A DNA stretch of 63,687 nucleotides, filler included, from Hausera hauseri (taxonomy: Eukaryota), in assembly GCA_046269625.1 (NCBI GenBank). It is 12 parts of 12 records of this genome, joined end to end, with 100 filler letters (N's around TTAATTAATTAA, not from the genome) between each part and the next. Parts side by side here need not be neighbours in the genome. Positions count along the whole stretch, not along the records: positions 1 to 7,625 come from JBJURY010004124.1; positions 7,726 to 12,458 come from JBJURY010457578.1; 10 more parts are not named here. One strand, 5' to 3'. Position numbers and translations under genes: made by a program. How positions within the stretch are numbered: position 1 is the stretch's first letter; every line of letters starts with the position of its first letter. This document shows, in pieces, positions 1 to 12,558 of this stretch. The notes under the pieces are model-generated. The model was given only the letters and a program-made list of their open reading frames with translations, had not been told where the DNA came from and searched no databases.

Positions 1-557
1 GTCACATGATAGTGGCTCTAGTCAATACACCTCATTGGTTAGCTTCCACTAATTATAACTTGTTTAGCTGTTACCTTTAGCTTCCACAATTGTTTTTCTT
101 TTTAACATGTTTAGTGGTTTAGCGTTAACAAAGCAACATTTTTAGTTAGTGGATAATGAGTTAGCATAGCTTTTAGGTTAGCTGTGCCCACCACTGGTTG
201 TTATTTCTGAGTTTTACAGTCTGAAAGTTGCACCACTTTCCTGAGTCAGACCGTTTGGAGATTCTGCTACAAAACAACAACCTGCTCCGGGAGATTCCAC
301 AATACTTTTTCTTTTCTGCTGGTCAGAACAGAGGTATCAGAGCCATGGCGAGTGGTCCCATATGAGCATGTGGGCGCTCACGTGCGTCCGCAACCCAGTG
401 GTATTCCCGTAAAGAAAACAGCCGCGCAGTTCACAGATATTTATTCCCTGAGCGAATCTTTCCTCTTCTGGCTGCTCCGTTAAGCCGTCTGTCTCGCTCG
501 GATCGTGCACAGGAATGAAGCTCCAGAGAGAGGAGGAATAAGGAGTGTGAGGAGAGA

Positions 558-632
558 CGGGGAGAGAGAGAGAGAGCGAGAGAGAGGGAGACACACACAC
601 GCACGCACACACGCACGCACACACATACACAC
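558..632. repeat. (GA)n/(CA)n compound microsatellite
   Basis: Directly visible dinucleotide runs. Confidence 0.95.
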
Positions 633-1789
633 AAATGTCTGTTTTATCGGGATTATTTAGTGATACGCACGAACACGCACACAGACAGTGTGATCAATAC
701 CCGGGGTTATTTCTGCTAAACGTATTATTGTTGTTGTATATAGACACTTAAATGACGTACTGATTATAACTGTGAGAATCCTTTACGTCAACGCCCAACG
801 TGTATATACAATCAGTGGAAAATTTTGTTGAATGCTAAATATTAGCAGAAAGGGTGCTGGAAGCTAAACATTAGTAAAACTGTAGCTAAAATTTAAATGA
901 GCAAAACTACAACTCATTATTAAAAACAGCCAAACATTTATTGAAAACTAAAGTCAGATATGCAGCAGCTAAAAGTCAAATTTAGCTCAACAGAAGCTAA
1001 AACTTTAAAACAGTTTAATTCTAAAATTAGCAAACTTGTAGCTAAAAGCTAAAAACACAAACTTGATTAAATCAGTTTCTGTATTTTTTAGTGAAAACGT
1101 TTTGTTAAAAGTCAGTTAGCTGTGGCGGCCATCTTTAAGTGGACTTTTACATCAATAACTGTTTCATTAAACTCTATCCACGGGTTTTAGCTATTTATTG
1201 CAGTTTCCTTTGCTTTTGGCAGCAGGTGATGAATAAAGCTTAAAACTTCAGTTTGCTTCTTTTATTCATTCATTCAACCTTTATTTAGACAGTTTAAAAA
1301 AGTTAAGTCTGGTCCTCTGGACATTCAAAAAACAAAACAAACAAAAGGTAGAAATGTTTCGTCTTTTGTCTGAAAGACTTCTTCAGTCTGAGTAGTTGTA
1401 TTCAGCTCAGTCTTACAAACAGCACCTTCTCATAGTGGATCAACCAGTTTGCTGCTGACAGCCAAAACCAGCTGTTCACATGATTATTCAGAGAGCTCAA
1501 CAGGACAAAAACAGTCCAAACACAAATCAGGCTCTAGTGAAAATTTTAAAGTTGTCTCATCTGACAGGGAACTGGAGTAGAAGAAGGAAGGATGGTTTGA
1601 CTTTTTTCTCTATAAACATCTGACACATGGAGCAAGCGAAAGCGAAAACTGGGAGAGAAGCAGAAGCTATAAGCTAATGCTAGCAAGAGCTAGCAGATCC
1701 CAAAACACCAATAAAAACTGAGAAGTGTTGAAAGATGAAAGGTGTTTCAAGCACTGTCATGGAACTGGGAACTGTGGGAACATCGGATC

Positions 1790-2130
1790 AAGCACATTGA
1801 CAATGGGCAGCCCTGGCAGAGTCCAACTCCCACCCTGAATGAGTCCGACTTACTACCAGCAATGCAAACCAGACTCTCGCAACGCTTGTATAGGGACTGA
1901 ACTGAAGAGGGTGGTGAAGGCTGCGCAGAGGTCTTTTTGAGTCAGCCTCCCCACCATCACAGACATCTACACCTCCAGATGCAGGAAGAGGGACACCTGC
2001 ATCATGAAGGACCCCACTCACCCAGCACACACACACTTTTTGCCCCGCTCCACCCAGGAAGGAGGTTAAGGAGCATTAAGTGTAGAACCACTAGGCTGAG
2101 AACAGCTTCTACCCTGTTAGACTCATGAAT
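1790..2130 (+). mobile_element. 3' remnant of Rex1/Babar-like fish LINE
   Basis: Degenerate C-terminal motif (DPTHPAH..F.PL..GRR.RSI..RT.RL..SFY pattern) typical of fish Rex-type LINEs. Confidence 0.6.
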
Positions 2131-2459
2131 CCCTAGTCAAGATAATCAGTGTGAAAATTACTGTGAAAAAAAAACATCACTGTGAAAAAGTCACTGTAAT
2201 GCCACTTGGTTCTTGATATGTGCTGCTGACTATCCACAATGCTGATCTCATGCTGCTGATTTATTTCATGTTGCTGTGTTCATTTGTCCTCATCTGCTCA
2301 CACAGACTCATGTTCGTGCTGATGTGGTTTGGCACATTATTTTATAATATTAGTGCTTAGTGTACTCTTAACATATTTCTTAGTTCATGTATTGGACCTT
2401 ATTGATGTTTTTCTTTCCTCCACGACTGCTACTGCAGACCCCCAGGCCTCCACCAGTGG

Positions 2460-2840
2460 TAGGACCGCCTAACTCACAGATCCTGTTATGAGTTTCATGT
2501 CCGTCCTACATTTTCCCTATGAATTATGGATATTTGTATTTTGAGAAATTGGGGTTACCGTTTCCTACTAAACGCAGCGGTAGGACATCAATCTCACGGA
2601 TCCTGTCCTCATGACCTCCTGACTGCATTCTATGAGTTTCGTGTCCATCGTACATTTTCCCTATGAATTATGGGTATTTGTATTTTGAGAAATTGGGGTT
2701 ACCGTTTCCTACTAAACACAGCGTTAGGACCGCCAAACTCACAGATCCTGTTCTTCACGACCCCCTGACCATGTTCTGTGAGTTTCATGTTTGTCATGCA
2801 TTTTCTCTAGGATTTATGGGTAATTGGTTCTGAGAAAACA
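2460..2840 (+). repeat. Three tandem ~120-145 bp units (taggaccgcc..aactcacagatcctg..gagtttc..ttttccctatgaattatgg..gagaaattggggttaccg)
   Basis: Units start near 2460, 2581 and 2725. Confidence 0.85.
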
Positions 2841-3060
2841 GGGCGCTCGTTAACTACCTAAACGAGGTTCTTGGAGCACCAGACTCAGATCCTGTTCAGC
2901 ACCAGCCTCTGATTGAGATTTGTGTGAGAACAATGGTGAGATTTTCTTGCCTGAGTGGGAGTACTTTGAGGACAAACCTTCTGTGAAAGAACAACCAAAT
3001 GATGTTGGGGCAGAAATGAACAACCACCAAGTTGTAAGAGACACCATAATGTCCATCTTG

Positions 3061-3312
3061 TACAACCCGGATTCCAAAAAAGTTGGGACACTAAACAAAT
3101 TGTGAATAAAAACTGATGTGGAGGTGCCAACATCTAATATTTTATTCAGAATAGAACACAAATCACAGATCAAAAGTTTAAACTGAGAGAATGTATCATT
3201 TTAAGGGAAAAATATGTTGTTTCAAAATTTCATGGCGTCAACAAATCCCAAAAAAGTTGGGACAAGTCCATTTTTACCACTGTGTGGCATCCCCCCTTCT
3301 TCTTACAACACT
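3061..3312 (+). mobile_element. Tc1-like transposon terminal repeat (IR/DR type)
   Basis: TA-CAACCCGGATTCCAAAAAAGTTGGGAC, with the inner direct repeat CCAAAAAAGTTGGGAC again at ~3248. Confidence 0.75.
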
Positions 3313-3527
3313 CACTCCACTTTTGGACGTCTAACCATGACTGCATTTGTACGTCGATATGAACGTCAGACTTGGAGGTCATATAGACCGCGGTTCACAG
3401 TTATCTTTTATGACTATAAATTTGCAGTTAGACAATTTATTTATTAAGAATGTTGTTTTTTTAATAACATTTTAATGCATTTCCTCAATTCTTTTTTCTT
3501 TTTTTACAAATTTATGTAGTTACCTTA

Positions 3528-3622
3528 TTATTTATTGAAGACTATTATTATTATTATTGTTATTATTATTATTATTATCATTATTATATTATTATTATTA
3601 TTATCATTATTATTATCATTAT
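3528..3622. repeat. (ATT)n microsatellite
   Basis: Directly visible. Confidence 0.95.
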
Positions 3623-3859
3623 TCAATTTTATTCTGCGTTACTGCCGGCATGAGGTGAAACATTCACTTTCAGTAGGTGGCGGTCCTTGTGAAGTTGTTT
3701 GCTTTCTGCCATTAAGAAAATGCAAGAAGAAGAATTGTATTTCGTGGGCTTTGTAACGCAAGCGTTATGACTGGATTGGGAGAAGTAGCACGTGATCACG
3801 TCACAACCAATCAACGCCACTCTTGCTGAGCCGCGCTTCGTTCAAGTGTTGCTATTTCC

Positions 3860-6370
3860 TGTGTTCATATCGGACTAAGAGCTCAACTGGCAGCAATAAA
3901 TTTGTTTTTTATTAGACGTCGACTGGTCTGGACGACTGGACATTCAGAAGTTGAAGGTAATCGGCTCTGTTTTGTTTATTTTATTTAGATGTTGTAGCTT
4001 TGTTCACTTGAATTAACAAAACCTGCTGTGGCTAAAGCTAACGTTAAGCTAACGTGAGCTAAAACGTGTGTCTTACATCGCTGCAGCAGATGATTTGAGG
4101 CAAATAAAACATTGCAGGTTAGAATATAAGTTATTCTAGCATTTAAACAAGCCACATATGCTACGAGGTTGTTTTGTTTTTGTTTGGCTTGCTTCAAGTT
4201 GCTTGCTATGGATTGATGGATGGATATTTCAAGGACACAAGGCTCATTCCACGCGGATGTTTGCCTCGCATCTCCGTTAACACGCATGCGCTGACCAGCC
4301 AACAGCAAAAATGGTCTGGCTGCAGTTGTATTTCGGCAACATTACTTTTTTTGTGGATTTTACACAAACATCTTTTGTTGGAAAACTGCATTAACTACAA
4401 GTACTGAATTCCTCAGCATATTACAACGCCATTGCATTCCTGAAATTAAGTTATAACTAAAAGGAACATGTGCAATAGTCGTGAAATGCATTTTGTTGTG
4501 TGCTTGGAGTCTAGGAGTGCAGAAAAGTTTAATTTCATCTATCCTAGTGAGTAGATAACTTTATATTCTGTCATTTGTAAATGAATAGTTTGTGTTTAAT
4601 AGCCAACAATTTTCAGTCAGGTCACCTGGACAGTTTTTTTTTTTGTAAGTGGTATGTTTGTCAGTCTCAAGTGATTTATATGTAATCTGTTCACAGAAAT
4701 TGGGCCTAAAACTTTTTGACATCAATGTTTGTGAACCTTTTTTGCAGAATTAACTTCTTCGGATGAAGAAAGTATTGGAGGTAATGGTTTACTTTAGATT
4801 TTTAATTCCAGTTTCAAAAGTAATGACCTTTTAGTTAGCCCTTTTATTTAACATGGGCATGCTTATTTTTCTTTAAATCACCTCTGTATAGGTGTCAAGC
4901 TGCCAAACTACCTAACAGCACCACAGAAGAGCCCTTCCATTCAGGATACTAATCTACTGAACAAAGCTAGTGAGTACTTTGTCACTTTTTGTCTTTTTTT
5001 CCTTGCTCCACCCATCCAGTCCTCTTTGGTAATGATTTACACACAGACTCATGTGTTGTTGTTTTTTTTTTTTTAGACTTGTCTGGCTTTGTGGAGTGTT
5101 CTAGTGGTTCTTGAGGACCTGTCACAGTTAATGCTCACCTTTTTGCTTCATCTTAATTATTTTGCATCGCTGATGTTTTTAGGTCCTCGCAAGTGCAGCG
5201 CTTCAGCACAAGGATGCCCAGTGAGTATACATTACATTCATTACACTTTAAACCATTACTTGTTTATTTTATCAGGCCTTGATAAATAGAAAATGTTTTT
5301 TTTCCCCAGGTTCTTGCAGTACACAGTTCTTCCAGTGATGCAATTCAAAATAGATATCACAGCAGGTAAAAAAAAAAAAACAGCAAAAGGAACCAAATCA
5401 GTAACAGTTAGCTTCTTCTGGTTGTTTCTGAGTCCTTATTGTTGGCCATCCGTTAATGGTTAACTTGTGTTATGACATGGTCTTGTAATATGTCAGTGAT
5501 AAAATGTGGAAGTAATTAAGATAAATTGAAATGGTACTAGGTCCGGCAGCGGATCCAGCATCCAGTCCAGGTGCCTTGATGACTCATCTAGGTCCAGGTC
5601 CAAGTTCTGCGATGACATCTCCTTATCAGAAAATGGAAACTGGGCATTACCATTGCCTTGGGATGGTAAGTATTGATCACATAGCAGTGAGACACTTGGA
5701 AAAAATTGTCAACCAGCTGCCTTGCTATTGGAGAGATAGCCATTGTAATCAAGAAATGTGTTTTTATTTCAGTGTTCCTGCGAAAAGTCTTCAACTTCTT
5801 TATTGACCTCCACGATCGCTTAAAACAAGTACAACCCACCTCTTCAGCTGTGCACATTGAGAGGATGGAGACCATGGAGGATTTTGAGAGAGAGAGGAGG
5901 AGCGCCTCTGTTACAAACGTTTGCTACCCTGGTAGGTTTTACAAGTCTGGAGGAAAGCCTAGCATAACGCAGCACAACCAAACACTTAGGTTCTATTGGG
6001 AGTGTCAGTCAGTTGTGTCATGGATTTATTCCAACAGGTTCTGCAAATTTCCAGAATTGGTAGAAAAGACACCAAGGGCTTTGTCCACAAGTTCTTCATA
6101 GGTGTGTATCGACACACAAACACACAGCCCTCACAATTCCCTTTATACAAACAGAACAGCACCCACCCCTTTACAGATGGTTGTAAGCCACTCCACATGG
6201 AGTTCACGTGTATATTATCCTCCATATATTCATATGGCTTCATAATTGTAATTTATTGTTCTTCAGGCTCTTCTCCAATGCACTGATGGCCAAACTCAAT
6301 ATGAAGGGGAAAGGGAAACGAGGGAAAGTCTCTGGAAATAAGAAAAGTTTATAGAGCAATAAAAGGTAAG
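3860..6370 (+). pseudogene. Multi-exon, transposon-associated DUF4806-like gene remnant (fish contig)
   Basis: Short AG..GT bounded exons (e.g. 4749-4781, 4892-4970, 5310-5365, 6268-6365); last exon LFSNALMAKLNMKGKG..KVYRAIK resembles DUF4806 proteins. Confidence 0.35.
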
Positions 6371-6749
6371 CTCATATTTCCTGTTGACAAATGGAATGAC
6401 TGGCTAAATATTTTGTTAGCAAATTAGATATTTATTTTGGAAATTAAATGTTTAGTTTGGGAAAATAAATATTTAGTTTACACCTAAGTATTTAGTTCAA
6501 TAAGTAAATATTTAACTTGCAAGTTAAGTATTTAGTTTTGTAAACTAAAAATTTAGCTTGTAATTTAAACCTTTATAAATGTATGAATAACATGGTGAAA
6601 ATATGGGGGGGGGGGACTTTTTTCCTAAACCAAAATATGTTAATTTTTGTAACTTTACAAACGTCACCCCATAGATATGAAAAGTTTTGGTAGCTCTAAT
6701 GCATTTGACAGCAAATTTTTAACTAATGTGCTCAAATTTGGCAACACGA

Positions 6750-6895
6750 CGTCTCAGTGTTGCCTCACACCAATAAGGTCCGGGGTTCAATCCCCGTTGG
6801 ACCTTGGGTCTTTCTGTGTGGATTTTGCATGTTCTTCTCATGCTTGCATGGGTTTTCTCCAGGTACTTCAGTTTCCTCCCACAGACTAAAAAAAG
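6750..6895 (+). mobile_element. tRNA-derived V-SINE-like element
   Basis: B-box-like GGGGTTCAATCCC followed by the fish core TCTGTGTGGA.TTTGCATGTTCT..GGGTTTTCTCCAGGTACT.CAGTTTCCTCCCACAG. Confidence 0.75.
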
Positions 6896-7334
6896 GGCCA
6901 GGCCTCCCTTGAAAAAGAGATCTGTGGTCTCGATGGGATTTACCTGGTTAAATAAAGGTTAATAAATAATAAATGTGTGTTAGTAAAGTCAGTGAACATT
7001 GTATTGAGACAAGTGTGAAGTGATTCGCAAAAACAAAAATTCAAAGGCACCTATCAACATTTGCAGGGATGATTTTGTATTAATCCAGTAATAGGGGAGG
7101 CCCCAGCAAGAATTTTTTGTGCATTTTCCAGACTGCCTTTGCATATCACTAATCATTTGTTTTTTACAAATACAGACGGAATCATGAATGGTGATGTCGC
7201 AGCACCAGAAGATTTTATAAGGAGTCATGCTGCAGAGCATTTACAACACGCGCCACAAAGACGTGGAGGTGGAGAACACAGGCTCACTCAGGACTGAGTA
7301 ACAACTCTGTGTGTGTGTGTGGAGGGGGGGGCTG

Positions 7335-7625
7335 GTCAAAAATTATAATATGAAAAAGTTTATTTATTTCAGTAATTCCATTCAGAAAGTGAAATTTGTA
7401 TATTATATTCATTGATTACACACAGACTGATATATTTCAAATGTTTATTTATTTTAATGTTGATGATTATAACTGACAACTAATGAAAACCCCAAATTCA
7501 GTATCTCAGAAAATTAGAATATTACTTAAGACCAATAAATAAAATTATTTTTAGAAATGTTGGCCAAATGAAAATTATGAACATGAAAAGTATGAGCGTG
7601 TACAGCATCAATACAGGTAGTCACC
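7335..7625. mobile_element. Tc1-like terminal remnant
   Basis: GTGCTGGTCAAAAAATTAGAATAT-like start, repeated as CTCAGAAAATTAGAATAT at ~7505. Confidence 0.6.
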
Positions 7626-8584
7626 NNNNNNNNNNNNNNNNNNNNNNNNNNNNNNNNNNNNNNNNNNNNTTAATTAATTAANNNNNNNNNNNNNNNNNNN
7701 NNNNNNNNNNNNNNNNNNNNNNNNNATGTATTACCTATCATCATTGGTGACGAGATTGGAAAATATGCGGCATCGCGTCACATACAATGACATTATGTAT
7801 CAACATCCATTGATATTTCTGTGGGAATTATTGTGTGGACTGGCTTAGATTTCAATGTATATGAAATTTTTATAAACGTTGTTGTTGTGTTAATAAATGT
7901 TATGAAATAGTGGCTGTCTTCTTTATTGACTTGAAGTAATTTGTAGATAATAATTATGAATATATTATAAAGGAGCAGTGTATAATTCCAGTAGATAATA
8001 TGTTTAATCCACTACATTATGTATTTGCGTAAGTGAATTTTAGTATAGGACATGTAATATATTCTATTTTAGACCTACAATATATTGTTGCACAAACAAA
8101 GCACAAGCAACAAATGCCTATTTGACGCAACATCATCACAAACTGACGTGGGAAGAATATAATACCCAGTTTTGCAAAGATTGTCTCTTGAGAGACATTG
8201 ACACTATGTGTGATATACGTGAGGCTACGTTCTATGCCAAGAATCATGCTAATGGACGAAAGAAAAAGATATTTAACATTACTTTTCCAGAATTACGAAT
8301 ATGTGCGTATTGATGTTCAAATTGGTATCTATACCAAAGACCATTACACGTATTTATCTTGAACACGGTTTACACTGTACTTATAAAAAGTTTTTAGCGT
8401 TATGTCAAAGTTATGTTGTTGCGAAATAAATGTGTTATGAATAATAGTTGATTTATCCTATATAGTAGTTACTAAGTTTTACTTGGACTTATCCTATATC
8501 CCATATTACTTGATCAAGAAGACAACACGATATTTTTATAAGATTTATTAATACAAAAATACAACACGTCATAGCAAAGCTATT

Positions 8585-11500
8585 TACATTAATTCAGCAT
8601 GCCCGTGAGGTAATGTGTTTATTCCGTCACACAGGATCTGCTTTTGTCGTCCATCCAATCTAAGCTCTTCTTCTGTAATGTTAATGTCTCAATATTATGA
8701 GCCATAGTCTGGATCCTTCGCATCTCTGATATAATACGAGTCTTCTCATACAGAACTCTAACATAGTCATCGAAGTCAATCTTCTTGGCTAAGGTCGCCC
8801 TTTGAACCATTTTAGTCCGCTTCTTTACTTGTCCACATACATCAGTTTTATACATTTTGGACCTAAGAGCTACAAATCTCGAGATTATTGCCTCATTCAC
8901 CTCGTCTTTGAATTTTCCAAGGACGTTTTTGTTGGTAATTGAATAGCTGGGATGCTCCTTCGGATAATCAGGCGTATCCATATGTTGTGACAACTTAGTA
9001 AAGTCTTTATAAATGTCCTCAGTATGGATCTGATAGATGAAACTATCAATATCCATATACATCAGCTGTATGGACTTGAATGTAGGGACCATGATGTCAT
9101 AGTAGAATTTGTGCACCATGGTCTTTGACAGGTCCAGTATTGCCATACCCACATATATTGGTTTGTTGAATACCAATGCTGTTTTCAGCATATGGATGCC
9201 TACCAAGTTCTCAGTGTATATATTGCTGCTGTGGAAGTTAGGCTTGGCAATAAGCTTCTTTGCCGCTTCCAGTCACATACTAGTTCGATATTGATCCTGT
9301 TGCGGATATTTTCCATGGTCTTGCCAAAAACGCTGTTGTTGTATAGCTTCAATTGATCCTTCTCAAAGTCATTCTTGGCGTTGGTCCGCAGCTTGGTATT
9401 GAAATCAATGTATTGCTGCAGCCACATGGACTGGCTAAACTGCAGGGCCCGATGAATCTTAATAACGCAAAGTACATTTATGACCGCTTGCTGGAAATTT
9501 ATGTAGTGGACTACATATCTAACCCGATTTCCAAGATGGCATAGTAACTTTTCTAATCTCATATTCGGTGGTCTTTTTCTCTCAAGAAGGAACGGCAGCT
9601 GCCCATGCCTTGTGTACATAGAAGCCGGATATTCCATATCCACCTCCAGTATATAGCCCATATCTCCACTGGGATCGAGGTCCAGTATAGGGACGTTTTG
9701 AGGATGCTCGACCCAATTGAAGTTATCATATGGCAATGGGCCACTCATTGCCCATCCATACAAGTTGTTGGCATCAAATTATGATATATATGAGGATTCA
9801 TTGGATGGATCATACTGGCCATATACTTGTTGTTGGCCTCGCTATACCGGTGAATGGCCTGGCATATTCCGCATCTAATGCCTCTTTCAATAATAAGGAT
9901 CATGTCAAAATTCTTTATGATCTGCAGCTTAATACTTGTATAGAGCAGCATAGCTGCCCAACTCATCCCTGGAGCTGTAAAGAAATGAGCCGGATCCAAT
10001 GCATGGCTCTATATCGTAACATCTCTACACTCTCAAAGATATCCGTCAGCCGAATCACTTTTGTCTTGAGGTATATATCGCTGTATTCTCCTAATGTTCT
10101 GCATTGGAATGCCTCCCAGACGTTCTGGGCATGCTGGTAGTCCATATCATTGATATCGTAATCATAGAGGATATTATAAAGTCCTTCTTGGCCGGCAATG
10201 AGGTTTCATCCAGTGTTTCCCATAAGGTTATGCAGTCATAGGGAAACACGTCTTTCCTCCTGACGAGGTCAAATGTAGTGGGAAAGATCCGCTTCGTCTC
10301 TTTGGTTTCTTCTGCAGGGAGGTTTTTCACTAAACTGTCAAGTGAAGACAACATGAAACGGAAACTCTCTACGAAGCAAAGCCTGATTTTCCCAACATGC
10401 TTTGTAAAGGTGATGTACTTCTTTTCACTATTAGGGATCACATCAATGCTTTCTTTAATGCTGCCCAGTTCCCGAACAATGAAATGGGAATCATAGCCAC
10501 TGAGATTGTGGAACACTACAGGCACATATGTACATGTTTTGCACCGCAGATTACAGTTGTTGAATGCCGCGTCCCTATATGTGCCTGTAAAATGGCAATG
10601 ATCCCTGACTTTATGATTCTCCTTAGTGAATGATTTGGAGCACAAGTAACATGCTCTTGTCTTGCGACATTTTTCTTCTTGCTGTTTCGACATGTTCATT
10701 GTATCATTATGCTTCTGCTGCATATCTCCAAGCCTATGAGCCATATCTTCAAGTCGTTTTATGAAATGAGCTGCTGCGCTTGGATCTCTGAATACATATT
10801 ATTCACTGTCCAGTCCTTTGGCATACATGCAATATGATTAGAGTTCATGATATTGGTATGCCGTTGTGCTGCTGTTTTAGAGATTCGGACTGCAACTCTT
10901 AACTGGACGCAGAATAACCTCAAAGTCGCAATAAATAACTATTGGGACCTTGATCTTCTTCTCGAAATCCTTGAATTCAATGTTATCCTCCTTGGGAAAT
11001 TCTGGCCTGATACAATAATTGTTGTTGCAGTACATCTTGTACTCTTTCAGCTTCAATACAGCTACGTCGCCGCTAAAATGTGACAAGCATCGTTTACATA
11101 TTTCTATTTGTCCATGATGTTCGTAATTTGTGATCTGACTAGCCGCTCAGAGTCTTTGATCCAAACATAATGTTTTCTTTTCTCCATAGTCTAGTAGGAG
11201 CAGATCCCTATGATCTTCCAATTCAGTATCGCATATCTGCAGGGTATAGAAGATATCATCCTCGTCCAATCCCAAGATACTGATGAACAGTTCGTTGACT
11301 TTTCCAAATTTTTTAACTTCATCTATGGATGGAGAAAACTTGATACATTGGAAGTCATAGTTGTGCCGCACATCCTTATATAGTCAAACTCGTGAAGCAT
11401 GATTTTAATCCGTTGCAAGTTTTGATAGAATGTCATACATGAAACACATTTTGTCGTTATTATGGACATTGACACATTCTTTTTTATTAGCGATCCAATC

Positions 11501-12090
11501 AGGCAGCTGAATATATGAACTACACCGCATGGGAGGGTACTTGTGAACATACACAAGCAATCTCTTGATGTTTGCCAGAGTCCATCCGCTCTTTTTATCC
11601 TGGGTTTCCTCGGCTTCACGGATCAGCTTCTCCTGCGCCTCTGGCATCCATTCTGTTATATTGGTGTTTTCCAATCTGGGTCTATTTTTGGTCTTAAAGG
11701 CCGTATTGGATTCGTCGCCATCAACATTGATGTATATGGCCTCCAGTTTCATATTCACCTTAAGGGCTTTGAGCTCAGCCATGTTGTCCTAAAGAATTCC
11801 CTCTGCCTCGTCCTTTGTGTATAAGAGCCAGTCTTGGAGGGTTGTTTGATCAGTTGCCTCAATAACATCTGCGGCATTTCCCTTTTAATGCTGTCGCATC
11901 AACTGGACTCTGTCTTTGGCTTTTTGATAAAGCCTCTTCTTCTGCTGCTGCTGCTGCTATGCGTTTCAGTCCTGCATCGGGCCTTGCTGCGGCAATAGGC
12001 TGTACAACTGGCTATGCTGCCGAAGCAGTCTGTATAACTGGTTGTGCTGCCAAAGCAGTCTGTGCTGCCAAAGTAGGATGCTGCTCATTA
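8585..12090 (-). pseudogene. polB: Protein-primed family-B DNA polymerase with endonuclease-VII-like insert (Polinton/adintovirus-like), frameshifted
   Basis: VIYCDFE (ExoI), DHCHFTG.YR.AA..CNL (EndoVII), HNLSGYDSHF (ExoII), NNLYGWAM, KLYNNSVFGK, YMDIDSF and GKFKDE motifs spread over several broken ORFs. Confidence 0.9.
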
Positions 12091-12104
12091 ATTATGACCT
12101 TTTT

Positions 12105-12458
12105 TTACTTTGACTTGAAGTCTGTCAAATAAGCAATATGATCTTCGTAAAACTCTATGTATTCTGCGTTACACACAGCCTCACATCCTGGGCAAATATA
12201 ATAGAGGATCCTATTGAATTTGTATCCATAATAGCTCCTCATGGTATTATAACAGTTCTGAGGGTATAATGAACTGCATCTTTGATTTTGCTTAGGCATG
12301 GACGTCATCATTGGCATAGTGGTATTGAATATTTGTTTTTTCGACTTAGTGAATGGAATCAGGTGTTGTTTATGAGCATTATAAAAGTCTTCATATTTGG
12401 TCTGGCACACTACCTCACATGTAGGGCATATATAATACTCAGCCCTGTTGTATAGATG
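12105..12458 (-). CDS. Unknown ORF upstream of polB with repeated FNRI.YYICP.CE.VC motif (partial)
   Basis: Homologous to 44294-44704 and in the same position relative to polB. Confidence 0.6.
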   Translation of the reverse strand, partial: HLYNRAEYYICPTCEVVCQTKYEDFYNAHKQHLIPFTKSKKQIFNTTMPMMTSMPKQNQRCSSLYPQNCYNTMRSYYGYKFNRILYYICPGCEAVCNAEYIEFYEDHIAYLTDFKSK

Positions 12459-12558
12459 NNNNNNNNNNNNNNNNNNNNNNNNNNNNNNNNNNNNNNNNNN
12501 NNTTAATTAATTAANNNNNNNNNNNNNNNNNNNNNNNNNNNNNNNNNNNNNNNNNNNN

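Noticed and set aside
337-634. ORFs spanning the CA/GA repeat
   Set aside because: Microsatellite translation artefacts
2460-2840. CRISPR-like array
   Set aside because: Long tandem units without unique spacers, in eukaryotic DNA
7670-7681. Recurring TTAATTAATTAA motif
   Set aside because: Artificial linker, always inside N runs
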